A model generated the notes under the pieces. That model did no database searches. It was not told where the DNA came from and worked only from the letters and a program-made list of their open reading frames with translations. Shown piece by piece: positions 18,212 to 27,790 of a stretch of DNA of 64,000 bases. Positions within the stretch are counted from its first letter, which is position 1, and the number at the start of each line of letters is the position of its first letter. The position numbers were made by a program, and so were the translations under genes. The stretch is from a virus, in the IMG/VR virus record IMGVR_UViG_3300042146_000099, positions 1 through 64,000 of that record. One strand, written 5' to 3'.

Positions 18212-19093
18212 GTGACGACCCTCGTAGCCACTGCCGGCCCCGACGAGCCGCAGGCCGCCGTCAGCATCGACACGTTCGACTTCCACGGCCACCGCGCCGC
18301 CGTTCTCACCGACCACCGCGGACATTGGGTATTCCCGAAACAACTGTCGGCGTTCATGGGGCTTGACGGCGATAACCAGCGGAAGCGCATCAACCGAAAC
18401 CACTGGTCACAGGGCTGGACTGCCACCATGGCAGTGCAGATTCCTGGCGATGCGCAGACCCGCGAGCACTTCCTGCTGCATCAACGTCGACTCCCTACAT
18501 GGCTCGGCTCAATCACGACCGGCAACATCAAGAACCAGAACGTACGTGCCGAGGTCGAACGGCATCAGACCGAGTTCGCCGACGCCCTCGCTGACTACCT
18601 CACCAAAGGCGTAGCGATCAACCCGCGGGTCGAGAAACCCATGACCGAGTTGGAGCTCGCCCACCGGTACATCGCCGCCCTGGAGCGCGAGCAGACGCTC
18701 GTCGTGGCCAATGGGCAACTTGCCGAGCAGGTAGCGGAGATGGCGCCAAAGGCCGAGGGCTACGACGACCTCATCGCCGCAGACGGGTACCTGGACATGA
18801 ACGCCGTCGCCAAGGTCCTCGGCCCCGTCACCGGCAACCTCGGCCGGACGCGCTTCATCAACCTGCTGCGCGGCATGGGGATCATCCTCCAAGCCTCCGC
18901 CCTGCCGTACCAGCACCTCATCGACCGCGGGTACTTCGCCGTCCGCACCGAGGTCACGCCGTCCGGCGGCGCGCACCCGTACACGGTCGTCACGCCCAAG
19001 GGCCTGCGCTGGCTTCACGCCGAGCTCCGCGAGGACCGGCCCACCCTCGGCCACGGCGACGGACCGCCGGCGCTCCCCTCCAGCCAGCCGTAG
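18212..19093 (+). CDS. Phage antirepressor (AntA/P22-AR-like N-terminus plus KilAC/ANT C-terminus)
   Basis: PKAEGYDDLI...MNAVAKVL...GRTRF..LLR..G...PYQ..IDRGYF...VTPKGLRWL. Confidence 0.88.
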   Translation: MTTLVATAGPDEPQAAVSIDTFDFHGHRAAVLTDHRGHWVFPKQLSAFMGLDGDNQRKRINRNHWSQGWTATMAVQIPGDAQTREHFLLHQRRLPTWLGSITTGNIKNQNVRAEVERHQTEFADALADYLTKGVAINPRVEKPMTELELAHRYIAALEREQTLVVANGQLAEQVAEMAPKAEGYDDLIAADGYLDMNAVAKVLGPVTGNLGRTRFINLLRGMGIILQASALPYQHLIDRGYFAVRTEVTPSGGAHPYTVVTPKGLRWLHAELREDRPTLGHGDGPPALPSSQP

Positions 19094-19106
19094 CCGAGCA
19101 GCACGA

Positions 19107-19133
19107 CGGCCCCGCACGAACGGTGCGGGGCCG
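19107..19133. terminator. Bidirectional hairpin between convergent genes
   Basis: CGGCCCCGCAC-N5-GTGCGGGGCCG. Confidence 0.65.
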
Positions 19134-19158
19134 GAAACGACAGAAGGGAGGGGCGGTG

Positions 19159-19356
19159 TCAGGACTCGGCGATGGTGCGGGCGGCGTTCACGTCGCGCGC
19201 GTCCTTCTGCCGGCGCCACTCTGCGACCTCGCGCTTGATGTACATGCGCAGGTCTGCGGATCGGGCGACGCCCTTCTCCTCGCAGAGTTGCCCGTACGCA
19301 GCCCACGTCTCGTCGTCGACGCGGATCACTCGCTGCGGGGTCGGGTTGCTGGCCAT
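19159..19356 (-). CDS. Ribbon-helix-helix DNA-binding protein
   Basis: TPQRVIRVDDETWAAY...RSADLRMYI; palindrome TGTCTAGACA upstream near 19429. Confidence 0.7.
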   Translation of the reverse strand: MASNPTPQRVIRVDDETWAAYGQLCEEKGVARSADLRMYIKREVAEWRRQKDARDVNAARTIAES

Positions 19357-19530
19357 GTCCACAGAGTAGCGGCTGTCTGGGCACCCGCGATACACCCCAT
19401 CGCTCGCGACTCTCGCAACGCTATGCACTGTCTAGACACAAGAGATACAATTGGGGTGCGTTCAAGGGCGGGCCCAAGGCGCCCATCGCCCATGCCCCGA
19501 CCCCGACCAGCACGATCGAAAGAAGCAGAG

Positions 19531-20046
19531 ATGGCCGTCTCTCAGCGCCTGCGATACGAGATCCTCCGCAGGGACAACCACGCCTGCCGCTACTGCGGCG
19601 CCACGGCGCCCGACGTGAAACTCAACGTCGACCACGTCATCCCCACGTCGCTCGGCGGCAGCGACCAGCCGGACAACCTCGTCACCGCCTGCGCTGCCTG
19701 CAACGGCGGCAAGACCAGCAGCATGCCGAACGCCATGGTGGTTGCCGACCCCAACCAGGACACGTTCCGGCAGGCGGCCGAGGTGCGCCAGGTCGCACTC
19801 GCGCTGGCCGGCGTGGTGCGCACGACGTGGCTGGAGAACTGGCGACTCCGTCACGGGGATCAGCCGGATACCGACCTTGAGCATGAGTTCTACGCGCGCC
19901 TTGTAGCCGCCGTCTGGGAAGGGCGTACGCAGGATCAGTTGGTCATCGCAGCCCGCTCGGCGGCCATGGGGCGGAACGCCGAAGTGGACTACTTCGCCTA
20001 CCACGTTGCCTGCGAAGACGCTGACGAGAAGGCCGGTGACCTCTGA
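19531..20046 (+). CDS. HNH endonuclease domain protein
   Basis: RYEILRRDNHACRYCG...VDHVIP..LGG...NLVTACAACNGGK. Confidence 0.92.
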   Translation: MAVSQRLRYEILRRDNHACRYCGATAPDVKLNVDHVIPTSLGGSDQPDNLVTACAACNGGKTSSMPNAMVVADPNQDTFRQAAEVRQVALALAGVVRTTWLENWRLRHGDQPDTDLEHEFYARLVAAVWEGRTQDQLVIAARSAAMGRNAEVDYFAYHVACEDADEKAGDL

Positions 20047-20909
20047 TGGCCCGCATCCGCACGATCAAGCCCGAGTTCTTCACCTCGCTCACCGTCGCCG
20101 ACCTCACGCCCGAGCAGCGACTCACCTTCATCGGGCTGTGGACCCACGTGGACGACGAAGGTCGGTGCGTCGATGACCCGCGTCTGATCAAGGCCGCGAT
20201 CTGGCCGCTCGACGACCGCACCGCCGCCGACATCGAGATCGACCTGAAGGCACTCACTGAGTCCTCACTGATTACTCGCTACACGCTCAATCGCAAGCGC
20301 TACCTCGCCGTCACAGGCTGGGAGGAGCACCAGCGGATCAACCGTCCGACCGCGAGCAAGCTCCCGGCCCCGGAAGAGGGCGATCCCACGCCTCCCGACC
20401 CCGTGACCAGGTACAACGGCACCTCACTGAACACTCACGCACAACTCAGTGAGGACTCACCACAGGAAAGGAAAGGAAAGGAAGGGAACAGGGAAGGGAA
20501 GGGAACCCCCCTACCCCCCGCGTCCCACCAGCCTCACGTAGACGACTCCGAAGGCCCGAGCGGGAAGACCCGCTCCGAGCTGATGGCCGAGGACTGGTGG
20601 CAGCAGTACGGCCGCCGCACCGCACAGACGAAGCGCACCATCCGGCAGGCCATCGCTGACGCCCTCACGAACGGCATCGACCCCGACGAGCTGCGCGCCG
20701 CCCTCGGCCGTCTCGGCGAGACCTCGAAGCCAGTCACCGGCGGCACGCTCCAGTTCGCCCTCGCGGACATCCGCAAGCCGTCTCCCGGCGGCGCCGTCAT
20801 CCCCTTCACCGGCCGCCAACAAGCCCAGCAATCCGAAACCGACGCCTGGTTCGACCGCGCGATGGAACGCGCCCGCGCCCGCGACGAAGCCGCAGGAGAC
20901 ACCGCATGA
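20046..20909 (+). CDS. Phage replication initiator
   Basis: MARIRTIKPEFF...LTFIGLWTHVDDEGR...WEEHQRINRP; internal repeats. Confidence 0.8.
   Translation: MARIRTIKPEFFTSLTVADLTPEQRLTFIGLWTHVDDEGRCVDDPRLIKAAIWPLDDRTAADIEIDLKALTESSLITRYTLNRKRYLAVTGWEEHQRINRPTASKLPAPEEGDPTPPDPVTRYNGTSLNTHAQLSEDSPQERKGKEGNREGKGTPLPPASHQPHVDDSEGPSGKTRSELMAEDWWQQYGRRTAQTKRTIRQAIADALTNGIDPDELRAALGRLGETSKPVTGGTLQFALADIRKPSPGGAVIPFTGRQQAQQSETDAWFDRAMERARARDEAAGDTA
20253..20505. repeat. Iteron-like repeats and purine run inside the initiator gene (candidate origin)
   Basis: CTCACTGA at 20253, 20264 and 20423; 14-bp inverted pair 20258-20271/20446-20459; (GGAAA/GGAAG)n at 20464-20505. Confidence 0.6.
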
Positions 20910-21553
20910 ACAGCCAGCAAGCAGCAGTCCTCTGCCGCTACGTCCGCGCCCTCTGCCCCCAGCAGAAGTTCGACGAGTACACCCCCGACGCCTGGCACGA
21001 CGTCCTCCGCAACTATCTCCTCGAAGAAGCCCGCACCGCCGCCGCCACGATCGCCAACAAGCAGCCGTTCGTATCCCCCGGCGAGATCGCCACCGAGATC
21101 CGCCGCATGCACGCCGACCGTCTCGGCCGACACACTGACCCCACCCCGAGGGCGAACCCGGACGACGTCGCCGCATACAAGGCCGAACTGGCCGCGACCC
21201 GCGCCGCCGTCGCCACTGGCCAGGCCCCACCCTCCCAAGCTGAGCTCGCCGCCGGGCCCATGCACCCCGACGTTGCCGCCCGCCTCAAGACGCTCGGCGA
21301 ATACGTACCCCGCCACGTCGACGAAGCCCTCGACGAGTACCGCCCCGTCAAGGCCGCCCGCCGCGCCGCGATCGCCGAAGGCCAGCCCGACGCCCTCTCC
21401 GTGCCATGCGGCTGGTGCGACGCCCCGGTCGACGAAGCGTGCCGCTCCCGCCGTATCGACCCGCGCGGCGGAGCGATCAAGAACCGGCGCCGCGAGACAC
21501 CACACCCTTCCCGCGTCGAAGACGCCCGCGACGCCATGCAGGAGCAGCAGTGA
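20906..21553 (+). CDS. Putative helicase loader/inhibitor-like protein with C-terminal Zn finger
   Basis: Follows the initiator; DAWHDVL..Y...EA..A; CGWC...C...PHPSR. Confidence 0.55.
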   Translation: MNSQQAAVLCRYVRALCPQQKFDEYTPDAWHDVLRNYLLEEARTAAATIANKQPFVSPGEIATEIRRMHADRLGRHTDPTPRANPDDVAAYKAELAATRAAVATGQAPPSQAELAAGPMHPDVAARLKTLGEYVPRHVDEALDEYRPVKAARRAAIAEGQPDALSVPCGWCDAPVDEACRSRRIDPRGGAIKNRRRETPHPSRVEDARDAMQEQQ

Positions 21554-21879
21554 CCGACCACCCCGTCCACCGCGACGACATCGCAGCGCTCCGCAAGGAA
21601 GACGACCTCAAGGCGTACATGCGCAGCCTCCTCCGCCCCACCCAGAAAACCGGCACCCCGCCCAAGCGGAAACCCAAACGCATGTGGGGTGCCATCCCGA
21701 TACCCCCCGACCACAAACCGGGCCAATGGCCACCCGGCACCAGCCCACCCGGACCAGCCCCCGAACGCCACCTCCCCAACGCCGTCTGGGAAGCCGCCGA
21801 ACCGCACTACAGCAACGAGATCAACCGCCCCGACCAGCCATGCGACTGCGGCAACTGCACTCCGAAGGAGGAGGCGTGA
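21550..21879 (+). CDS. Hypothetical protein
   Basis: GTGA overlap; CDCGNC. Confidence 0.6.
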   Translation: MTDHPVHRDDIAALRKEDDLKAYMRSLLRPTQKTGTPPKRKPKRMWGAIPIPPDHKPGQWPPGTSPPGPAPERHLPNAVWEAAEPHYSNEINRPDQPCDCGNCTPKEEA

Positions 21880-22238
21880 GCCCCATCCGGCCCGAGAACC
21901 GCGACCGGTACCCGTCCGACTGGAAGCAGATCAGCATCCGCATCCGCACCGAACGGGCGGCCGGACGCTGCGAATGCCTCGGCGAATGCGGCATCGACCA
22001 CAGCGGCCGATGCACCGCCGAGCACAGCAAGGCCCATCCGGTCACCGGCTCGAAGGTCGTCCTCACGACGGCCCACCGCGATCACACGCCGGAGAACGTC
22101 GACGACGCGAACCTCTTCGCCGCCTGCCAGCGCTGCCACCTGCGGTACGACGCTCCGCACCACCGCGAAACCGCAGCAGCCACCCGCCGCGCCGCGATCG
22201 AAGCCGCCGGCCAACTCGCCCTCGACCCGCCCCCGTAG
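21876..22238 (+). CDS. HNH-like protein
   Basis: PIRPENRDRYP.DW...CEC.GEC...VVLTTAHRDHTPEN...NL..ACQRCHLRYD. Confidence 0.8.
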   Translation: MSPIRPENRDRYPSDWKQISIRIRTERAAGRCECLGECGIDHSGRCTAEHSKAHPVTGSKVVLTTAHRDHTPENVDDANLFAACQRCHLRYDAPHHRETAAATRRAAIEAAGQLALDPPP

Positions 22239-22358
22239 CCAAGCCCCGCCCGGTACCCGCTGCACCAGCCCCCGCGGCCGACGACTCCCCATCGACAGCC
22301 ACGACGCACGCATCCAAGCCCACACCACGCAGAGCCGACCCGACGAAGGAGCCAGCCA

Positions 22359-22751
22359 GTGACCAGCCGCTACGTCTACGACCCGCTGAACGGCGAACGC
22401 CCCACCGAGAGCCTCCAGCAGAAGGCCGACCGCATCCGCGCCGAGCAAGGCCTCCCGCCCGAGTCCGAGCACTCCGGCCCGCAGACCTGCCACTGGTACG
22501 ACGACGGCCACGGCGGACGCTTCCTCATCCCCGGCTGCATGACCCGCGTCATCAACCCCGACGTCGACGTCTGCTCCTGCAAGACGATCGAGGAGCAGCT
22601 GGACGACGCCCGCGAGCAGATCGCCAAGCTGAAGCAGGCGCGCGACAGCCTCCAGAAGTGGCACGACCACATCTGCCGCGCCGTGTACGACCACACCGAC
22701 GGCGTGAAGATCATGAAGCAGGCGGCCGACCGAGCAGGGATCGGCCGATGA
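22359..22751 (+). CDS. Hypothetical protein
   Basis: AAGGAG RBS; Cys motif plus coiled coil. Confidence 0.65.
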   Translation: MTSRYVYDPLNGERPTESLQQKADRIRAEQGLPPESEHSGPQTCHWYDDGHGGRFLIPGCMTRVINPDVDVCSCKTIEEQLDDAREQIAKLKQARDSLQKWHDHICRAVYDHTDGVKIMKQAADRAGIGR

Positions 22752-23149
22752 CCCGGGGAGCTGGCCGCAGCCGCGGCTACCGCGCCCAAGACTCCGAACT
22801 CCGCCCCGGCAAAACCGTCGTCCCCTTCGGCGAGAAGACGACGATCTGCCCCGCCTGCCGCCAGCACAAGCACAACGCGTGCTGGGCCCACACCGCAGCC
22901 CTCGGTATCGGCGGAGAACCCGGCTGCCCCTGCGGCTGCCACGTCCCCCTCGACGAGCCGTTGATGACCGACGAGGCGATCGACGACATGGCCGCGCACG
23001 GCCTCCTCGCCGAGCACGTCAAGTTCCAAACCGCCATGGCCCTCCGGTCGTCCCTCGCCATCCACTACCCCGAGGTCTGCCGCCGCTGCACTGCCATCGA
23101 AGGCGCCAAGGCCGGCCAACAGGACGCGCTCCCGCTGGAGGACACGTGA
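22748..23149 (+). CDS. Cys-rich hypothetical protein
   Basis: ATGA overlap; CPAC...H..C...CPCGCH. Confidence 0.6.
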   Translation: MTRGAGRSRGYRAQDSELRPGKTVVPFGEKTTICPACRQHKHNACWAHTAALGIGGEPGCPCGCHVPLDEPLMTDEAIDDMAAHGLLAEHVKFQTAMALRSSLAIHYPEVCRRCTAIEGAKAGQQDALPLEDT

Positions 23150-23454
23150 CCCGCCACTGCCGCATCGACGGATGCCCCACCCCCGCCGCCAAACAACGCC
23201 GCGTCTGCCACCGCCACTACAACCGCATCCGCCGCTACGGCGACCCCGACTTCAACACCTGGACAGTGGCCGACGACCAAGACGTCGCCACGATCATCCG
23301 CGAGCAGCGACCCGCCGAGGGCCTGACCCGTCTCGAACGCGTCCTCGTCGCCCAAGGCCTCACCCAACTGGGCCTGCCCGCCGAGGAGATCGCCCGGATC
23401 CTCGCCGTCACCCCACGCACCGTCTACCGCTGGCGCGCCCGCACCGCCGCCTAA
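23146..23454 (+). CDS. HTH protein with N-terminal Cys/His motif
   Basis: CRIDGC...CHRHY.R.RRYGDP; LPAEEIARILAVTPRTVYRWR. Confidence 0.75.
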   Translation: MTRHCRIDGCPTPAAKQRRVCHRHYNRIRRYGDPDFNTWTVADDQDVATIIREQRPAEGLTRLERVLVAQGLTQLGLPAEEIARILAVTPRTVYRWRARTAA

Positions 23455-23527
23455 CCGATCACCAACGCGCGACCCCATCGCCACCACCCGCCATCCACAC
23501 GACCTGACCCACGAGTAAGGAACCGCC

Positions 23528-23953
23528 GTGACCAGCACACCCGCCCGCACGAACACCCCCGACCGCGTCAACGACGACGGCACCCGCACGATCAAGATGA
23601 AGCGCGCCTGCAACGGATGCGGCAAACACCTCGGCGACGTCACCGAGCAGGAGATGGCCCGCGGCATCAACGGCCTGCCACTCCCCGACGTCCGCCGCGA
23701 GTGCCCCTCCTGCGGGCCCACCGCGCCCGAACCCCGCTGCCTGCCCGTGTCCGCCGTCGACGGCGACGAGGCGTGCTTGGACGGCGACTGCGACCACGCC
23801 GTCGAGGCGGGCGCCGACTACTGCACGAACACCAGCAGGCACACGCTCTGCGTCACCCACTCCGAGATCAACAACGACGGCGCGATCACCCACGCCGAGC
23901 CGTGGCCGTGCAGGCACAGCCACCAGGTCGCCGCCGTCTCGTCTGTCGTCTGA
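23528..23953 (+). CDS. Cys-rich hypothetical protein
   Basis: ACNGCG...DVRRECPSC. Confidence 0.65.
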   Translation: MTSTPARTNTPDRVNDDGTRTIKMKRACNGCGKHLGDVTEQEMARGINGLPLPDVRRECPSCGPTAPEPRCLPVSAVDGDEACLDGDCDHAVEAGADYCTNTSRHTLCVTHSEINNDGAITHAEPWPCRHSHQVAAVSSVV

Positions 23954-23975
23954 CCACCCACCACCAGGAGACCCG

Positions 23976-24719
23976 ATGACCCCGTACTGGGAAGACCCCG
24001 ACAGCGGCCTGCAGCTCTACTTGGGGGACATGCGCGAGGTGCTGCCCGCGCTCGACATACAGGCCGATTGCATCGTCACGGATCCGCCGTACTCGGAAAC
24101 GAGCCTCGCCTGGGACCGCTGGCCCGACGGCTGGCCCGCCCTCGCAGCCACCGCCGCCAACTCGATGTGGTGCTTCGGCTCGATGCGCATGTTCCTCGAC
24201 CGCGGCCCGGAGTTCGCCGACTGGAAGCTGAGCCAGGACATCGTCTGGCAGAAGGCCAACGGCACCGGATTCGCCACCGACCGCTTCAAGCGCGTCCACG
24301 AGATCGCCACCCACTGGTACCGCGGCGACTGGAGCGCGGTGCACCACGACACCCCGCGCGTCGCGTACACCGGCCCGGACAAGCACGCCCGCGCCCGCGC
24401 CTCCCGCACTCCGCACACCGGGGCGATCGGCGGGTTCCTGTACGAGGACGACGGGACGCGGCTGATGCGGTCTGTGCTGGATGCCCCGTCGGTGCGCGGT
24501 GGCTGGCATCCCACCCAGAAGCCCCACGGCGTCTTGGATCCGCTGATCCGCTACGCCTGCCCGCCCAGCGGTCTCGTGCTGGATCCGTTCGCCGGGTCGG
24601 GAAGCACGCTGGATGCCGCACGGCAGGCCGGACGGCGGGCGATCGGCATCGAAGCCCACGAGCCGTATGCGGAAGCCGCCGCGCGTCGTCTGGACGCGTT
24701 CGTGCTGCCCGCCGTGTAG
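23976..24719 (+). CDS. N4-cytosine/N6-adenine DNA methyltransferase (beta class)
   Basis: TDPPY, HPTQKP, VLDPFAGSGST, AIGIE motifs. Confidence 0.93.
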   Translation: MTPYWEDPDSGLQLYLGDMREVLPALDIQADCIVTDPPYSETSLAWDRWPDGWPALAATAANSMWCFGSMRMFLDRGPEFADWKLSQDIVWQKANGTGFATDRFKRVHEIATHWYRGDWSAVHHDTPRVAYTGPDKHARARASRTPHTGAIGGFLYEDDGTRLMRSVLDAPSVRGGWHPTQKPHGVLDPLIRYACPPSGLVLDPFAGSGSTLDAARQAGRRAIGIEAHEPYAEAAARRLDAFVLPAV

Positions 24720-24757
24720 CCCCCGCCGACCACCAACCCACACACAAGGAGCAGCAC

Positions 24758-25792
24758 ATGAACAGCCAGCCCGACCAGCCGCCGACTCTCCGACTCCTCA
24801 GCCTCGGCGCCGGCGTCCAATCCACCACCCTGCTGATGCTCGCCGCCGAAGGCCGCCTCCCCGGCCTGGACGGTGCGATCTTCGCGGACACCGGGTGGGA
24901 GCCCGCCGCCGTGTACGAGCACCTCGACCGGCTGGAGGCTGAAGTCGCCAAGCCCGCAGGGATCCCGATCTACCGGGTGTCGACCGGCCGGATCCAGGAC
25001 GACGTCCTCGACCCCGACAAACAGCGCTCCCTGCCCGCCCACACCCGCGACCCTGAGACGGGCGAGGACGGCATGTTGAACCGGCGGTGCACGCAGACGT
25101 ACAAGCTCACCCCGATCCTCCGTCAGACCCGGCTCCTCCTCGGCGCGCAGACGTCCGACCCGCACCCGTGCCGGTACTGCGACGGCGAGGGCGAGCGGAT
25201 CGCCCCGTGGCGCGCCAAGCGCGGTGACATGACCACCGGCCCGTGCTCCGTCTGCGACGGCACTGGCGTACTCGTCCGCGTCGGCCAGCCGGCCAAGGGT
25301 GTGTGGGCCGAGCAGTGGATCGGCTTCTCCACTGACGAGATCGGCCGGGTCTCCGACCGCGGCGACACCCGCTACTCGAAGTCCCGGCATCCGCTGCTGG
25401 AGTTGGGCATGTCCCGCACCCAGTGCGAGGCGTACCTGAAGCACCACGGCTGGACATCGGTGGAGAAGTCGGCGTGCATCGGCTGCCCCTTCCACGGCAA
25501 CGCCGAATGGCGCCGGATCCGAGACACCGACCCGGAGTCGTGGGCTGAGGCAGTTCGCTTCGACAAGGCGTACCGCACCGGGCCCGGGCTGCGGCACGAA
25601 CGGTTCCTGCACATCTCCCGCAAGCCTCTGGACGAAGCCCCGATCGACAAGATCCGGCGGTCCGAGTGGCAGATGGACACGTTCTTCGACGTGGCCTACG
25701 AGGCGGAGCTTGCCGAGAACGGTGACCCGGACGGCTGCTCCCCGTGGGCGTGCCGGTCGGGAGCGCCGGTCTCCGCTGACGACGCGGCGTGA
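24758..25792 (+). CDS. PAPS-reductase-like (PP-loop/ANH superfamily) protein
   Basis: LSLGAGVQST, IFADTGWE, RRCT..YK, WIGFSTDE..R, KSACIGCPFH; inserted CxxCxG repeats. Confidence 0.8.
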   Translation: MNSQPDQPPTLRLLSLGAGVQSTTLLMLAAEGRLPGLDGAIFADTGWEPAAVYEHLDRLEAEVAKPAGIPIYRVSTGRIQDDVLDPDKQRSLPAHTRDPETGEDGMLNRRCTQTYKLTPILRQTRLLLGAQTSDPHPCRYCDGEGERIAPWRAKRGDMTTGPCSVCDGTGVLVRVGQPAKGVWAEQWIGFSTDEIGRVSDRGDTRYSKSRHPLLELGMSRTQCEAYLKHHGWTSVEKSACIGCPFHGNAEWRRIRDTDPESWAEAVRFDKAYRTGPGLRHERFLHISRKPLDEAPIDKIRRSEWQMDTFFDVAYEAELAENGDPDGCSPWACRSGAPVSADDAA

Positions 25793-25896
25793 ACGTGAGG
25801 CGGCCCGCGCTGCCGTTAACAGCGCGGGCCCAGCCCGAACCCTACCCACCCGCCGTGCCGTCCTTGGGGCGGCCGGCACCCACCCCTGGAGCACCG

Positions 25897-26655
25897 ATGA
25901 CCGACACCACCGAGACCGAGCGCCTTCACGATCAGATCCTCAGCCTGCAAGCCGAACTGGCGACAGTGCGCGATCTGCTGCGCACGGAGAACCAGCGCGC
26001 GAACGCGGCGATCGACCGCGAGGAGACCGCCGAGGAGGCCGCGCTCGAAGCGCACGAGGAGGTACGGCGGCTGCGCGCCGCTTCGGCTGTTGTGCCTGCC
26101 GCAGACCGGGCCGCCGTGCTCCGGGACTTCGTGTCCGAGCTCGACGAGCGACTCCTCGGCTGCTGCGAGGAGTGCAACGCCTGCGCGGCAATCGCCCGCG
26201 ATCTCGCCGCCGAACTGGCCGTCGAGTCTGCCGCCGTGGATCGGGTGGCCGCCGAAACACCACAACCCGAGACGGACGCCGTACTCCTCGCTCTCGTCCG
26301 CGACTTCCTCGACCCCGACCCCTGCCAGTTCGACCACCACGGCTACTGCCAGGCGCACGCCGCTGGGTTCGGCGGCGAGCCGATGAGCTGCCCCCACCGC
26401 CGCGCCCGGGAAGTGCTCGCGGAGATCGACAGCGGGCAGCCCGGCCCGGCTGTTGAGGCGCAGCCCGGCAACGACACCAAGACGCCCGTCGGCTACAGCG
26501 GCAAGGGCCGCCTCTGGTGCCTCACCTGCCGCCGCCCCGACGGCGAGAACCTCCCCGTCACCATCGCCGTCGTCCGCGACGGGGAGCTGTGTGCGGGCTG
26601 CGGACGGGACGTCGTCGACGTCGCGCGCGCCACCGAGCAGCCGAAGGAGGCCTGA
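25897..26655 (+). CDS. Mosaic hypothetical protein
   Basis: GGAG RBS; coiled coil plus several Cys/His modules. Confidence 0.65.
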   Translation: MTDTTETERLHDQILSLQAELATVRDLLRTENQRANAAIDREETAEEAALEAHEEVRRLRAASAVVPAADRAAVLRDFVSELDERLLGCCEECNACAAIARDLAAELAVESAAVDRVAAETPQPETDAVLLALVRDFLDPDPCQFDHHGYCQAHAAGFGGEPMSCPHRRAREVLAEIDSGQPGPAVEAQPGNDTKTPVGYSGKGRLWCLTCRRPDGENLPVTIAVVRDGELCAGCGRDVVDVARATEQPKEA

Positions 26656-26657
26656 CC

Positions 26658-26852
26658 GTGGCCGAGTACCGCGTCAGCCGCTACGCGCACAGCCGCATCT
26701 ACCGCTGGCAGTGGCGCTGCCTCCACGCCGAACACGTCGGCGTGAACCCGAACCCGGTCCGTTGCCCGGAAGGCGGTGTGGCCCGCTCGGAGGACGAGGC
26801 GAACCGGACGGCGGCCGAGCACGCGCAGGCCCATGACGGAACGCCGCCGTGA
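26658..26852 (+). CDS. Small hypothetical protein
   Basis: AAGGAGG RBS. Confidence 0.55.
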   Translation: MAEYRVSRYAHSRIYRWQWRCLHAEHVGVNPNPVRCPEGGVARSEDEANRTAAEHAQAHDGTPP

Positions 26853-27021
26853 CCGTGCGGCGGCCCGTGCGCCCACAACAGGCCCGAGAAAGCCGCTGTG
26901 CGCCCGTCTCCCGGCCTCAACCCCGCTCGCGCGGCTCTCGCGACGCCGGAACCCCTCCAGCGGCCCGCAGGCACCCGCACAGCGCTTCGCCCCCACAAAC
27001 CCGACGCAACCGGAGCAACAC

Positions 27022-27396
27022 GTGACAAACCCGTACCGCGTCCTCGTCACCGGCAGCAGGACCTGGAACGACCAAGCCGTCATCTGGCAGGCCCTCGCCA
27101 ACGTCGTCCGCCAACTCCCCCCAGACCGCGAGGTCGTCCTCGTCCACGGCGCATGCCCGCGCGGCGCCGACGAGATGGCCCACCAGTGGATGCGCGGCTA
27201 CGGCGGCGTCATCGAAGCCCACCCAGCGAACTGGGTGAAGCACGGCAAGGCCGCCGGGTTCCGCCGCAACGCCGAGATGGTCGCCCTCGGCGCGGACATC
27301 TGCTTGGCGTTCATCCGCAACAACTCCCGTGGCGCCTCCCACACCGCCGCCCTCGCCGAGAAGGCAGGCATCCCGACCAGGAGGTACACCGCGTGA
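27022..27396 (+). CDS. SLOG-family (YspA/DUF2493-like) protein
   Basis: RVLVTGSRTW, LVHGACPRGAD, HPANW..HGKAAGFRRNAEMV. Confidence 0.85.
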   Translation: MTNPYRVLVTGSRTWNDQAVIWQALANVVRQLPPDREVVLVHGACPRGADEMAHQWMRGYGGVIEAHPANWVKHGKAAGFRRNAEMVALGADICLAFIRNNSRGASHTAALAEKAGIPTRRYTA

Positions 27397-27551
27397 ACCC
27401 CGCCGACGCCGAGCAACAGCGCCGCAACGCCATCCACTCCGTCTCCGGCCGCGTCATCGACTGCTGCGAGACCGGCGAAACCGACTGCCCTTGCATCTGC
27501 CACGACGACACGGACGACCAGTGCCCGGCACCCGAGGAGCAGCAGCCGTGA
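27393..27551 (+). CDS. Small Cys-rich protein
   Basis: GTGA overlap; CC...CPCICH. Confidence 0.5.
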   Translation: MNPADAEQQRRNAIHSVSGRVIDCCETGETDCPCICHDDTDDQCPAPEEQQP

Positions 27552-27790
27552 CCGCCCCCGACGTCCTCACCTCCGCCGCCAAGGAACTCCTCGCCGACCC
27601 CGACAGCCGCGAGATCGTCCTCCCCTCCGGCGCGATCATCTCCGCCACCCTCGCCACGCCCCTCGCCGTCTGGCTGACCGCAGAAGCCCGCCGCATCTCC
27701 TGCGCGTCCTCGACAGCCGGTCAAGAGATCGTCGGCCGCAACGCCCTCGCGGTGGCGCGCGCCATCCTCGGCACCCAGGAGACCGCATGA
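27548..27790 (+). CDS. Hypothetical protein
   Basis: Coupled ORF; ALAVARAILG. Confidence 0.6.
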   Translation: MTAPDVLTSAAKELLADPDSREIVLPSGAIISATLATPLAVWLTAEARRISCASSTAGQEIVGRNALAVARAILGTQETA

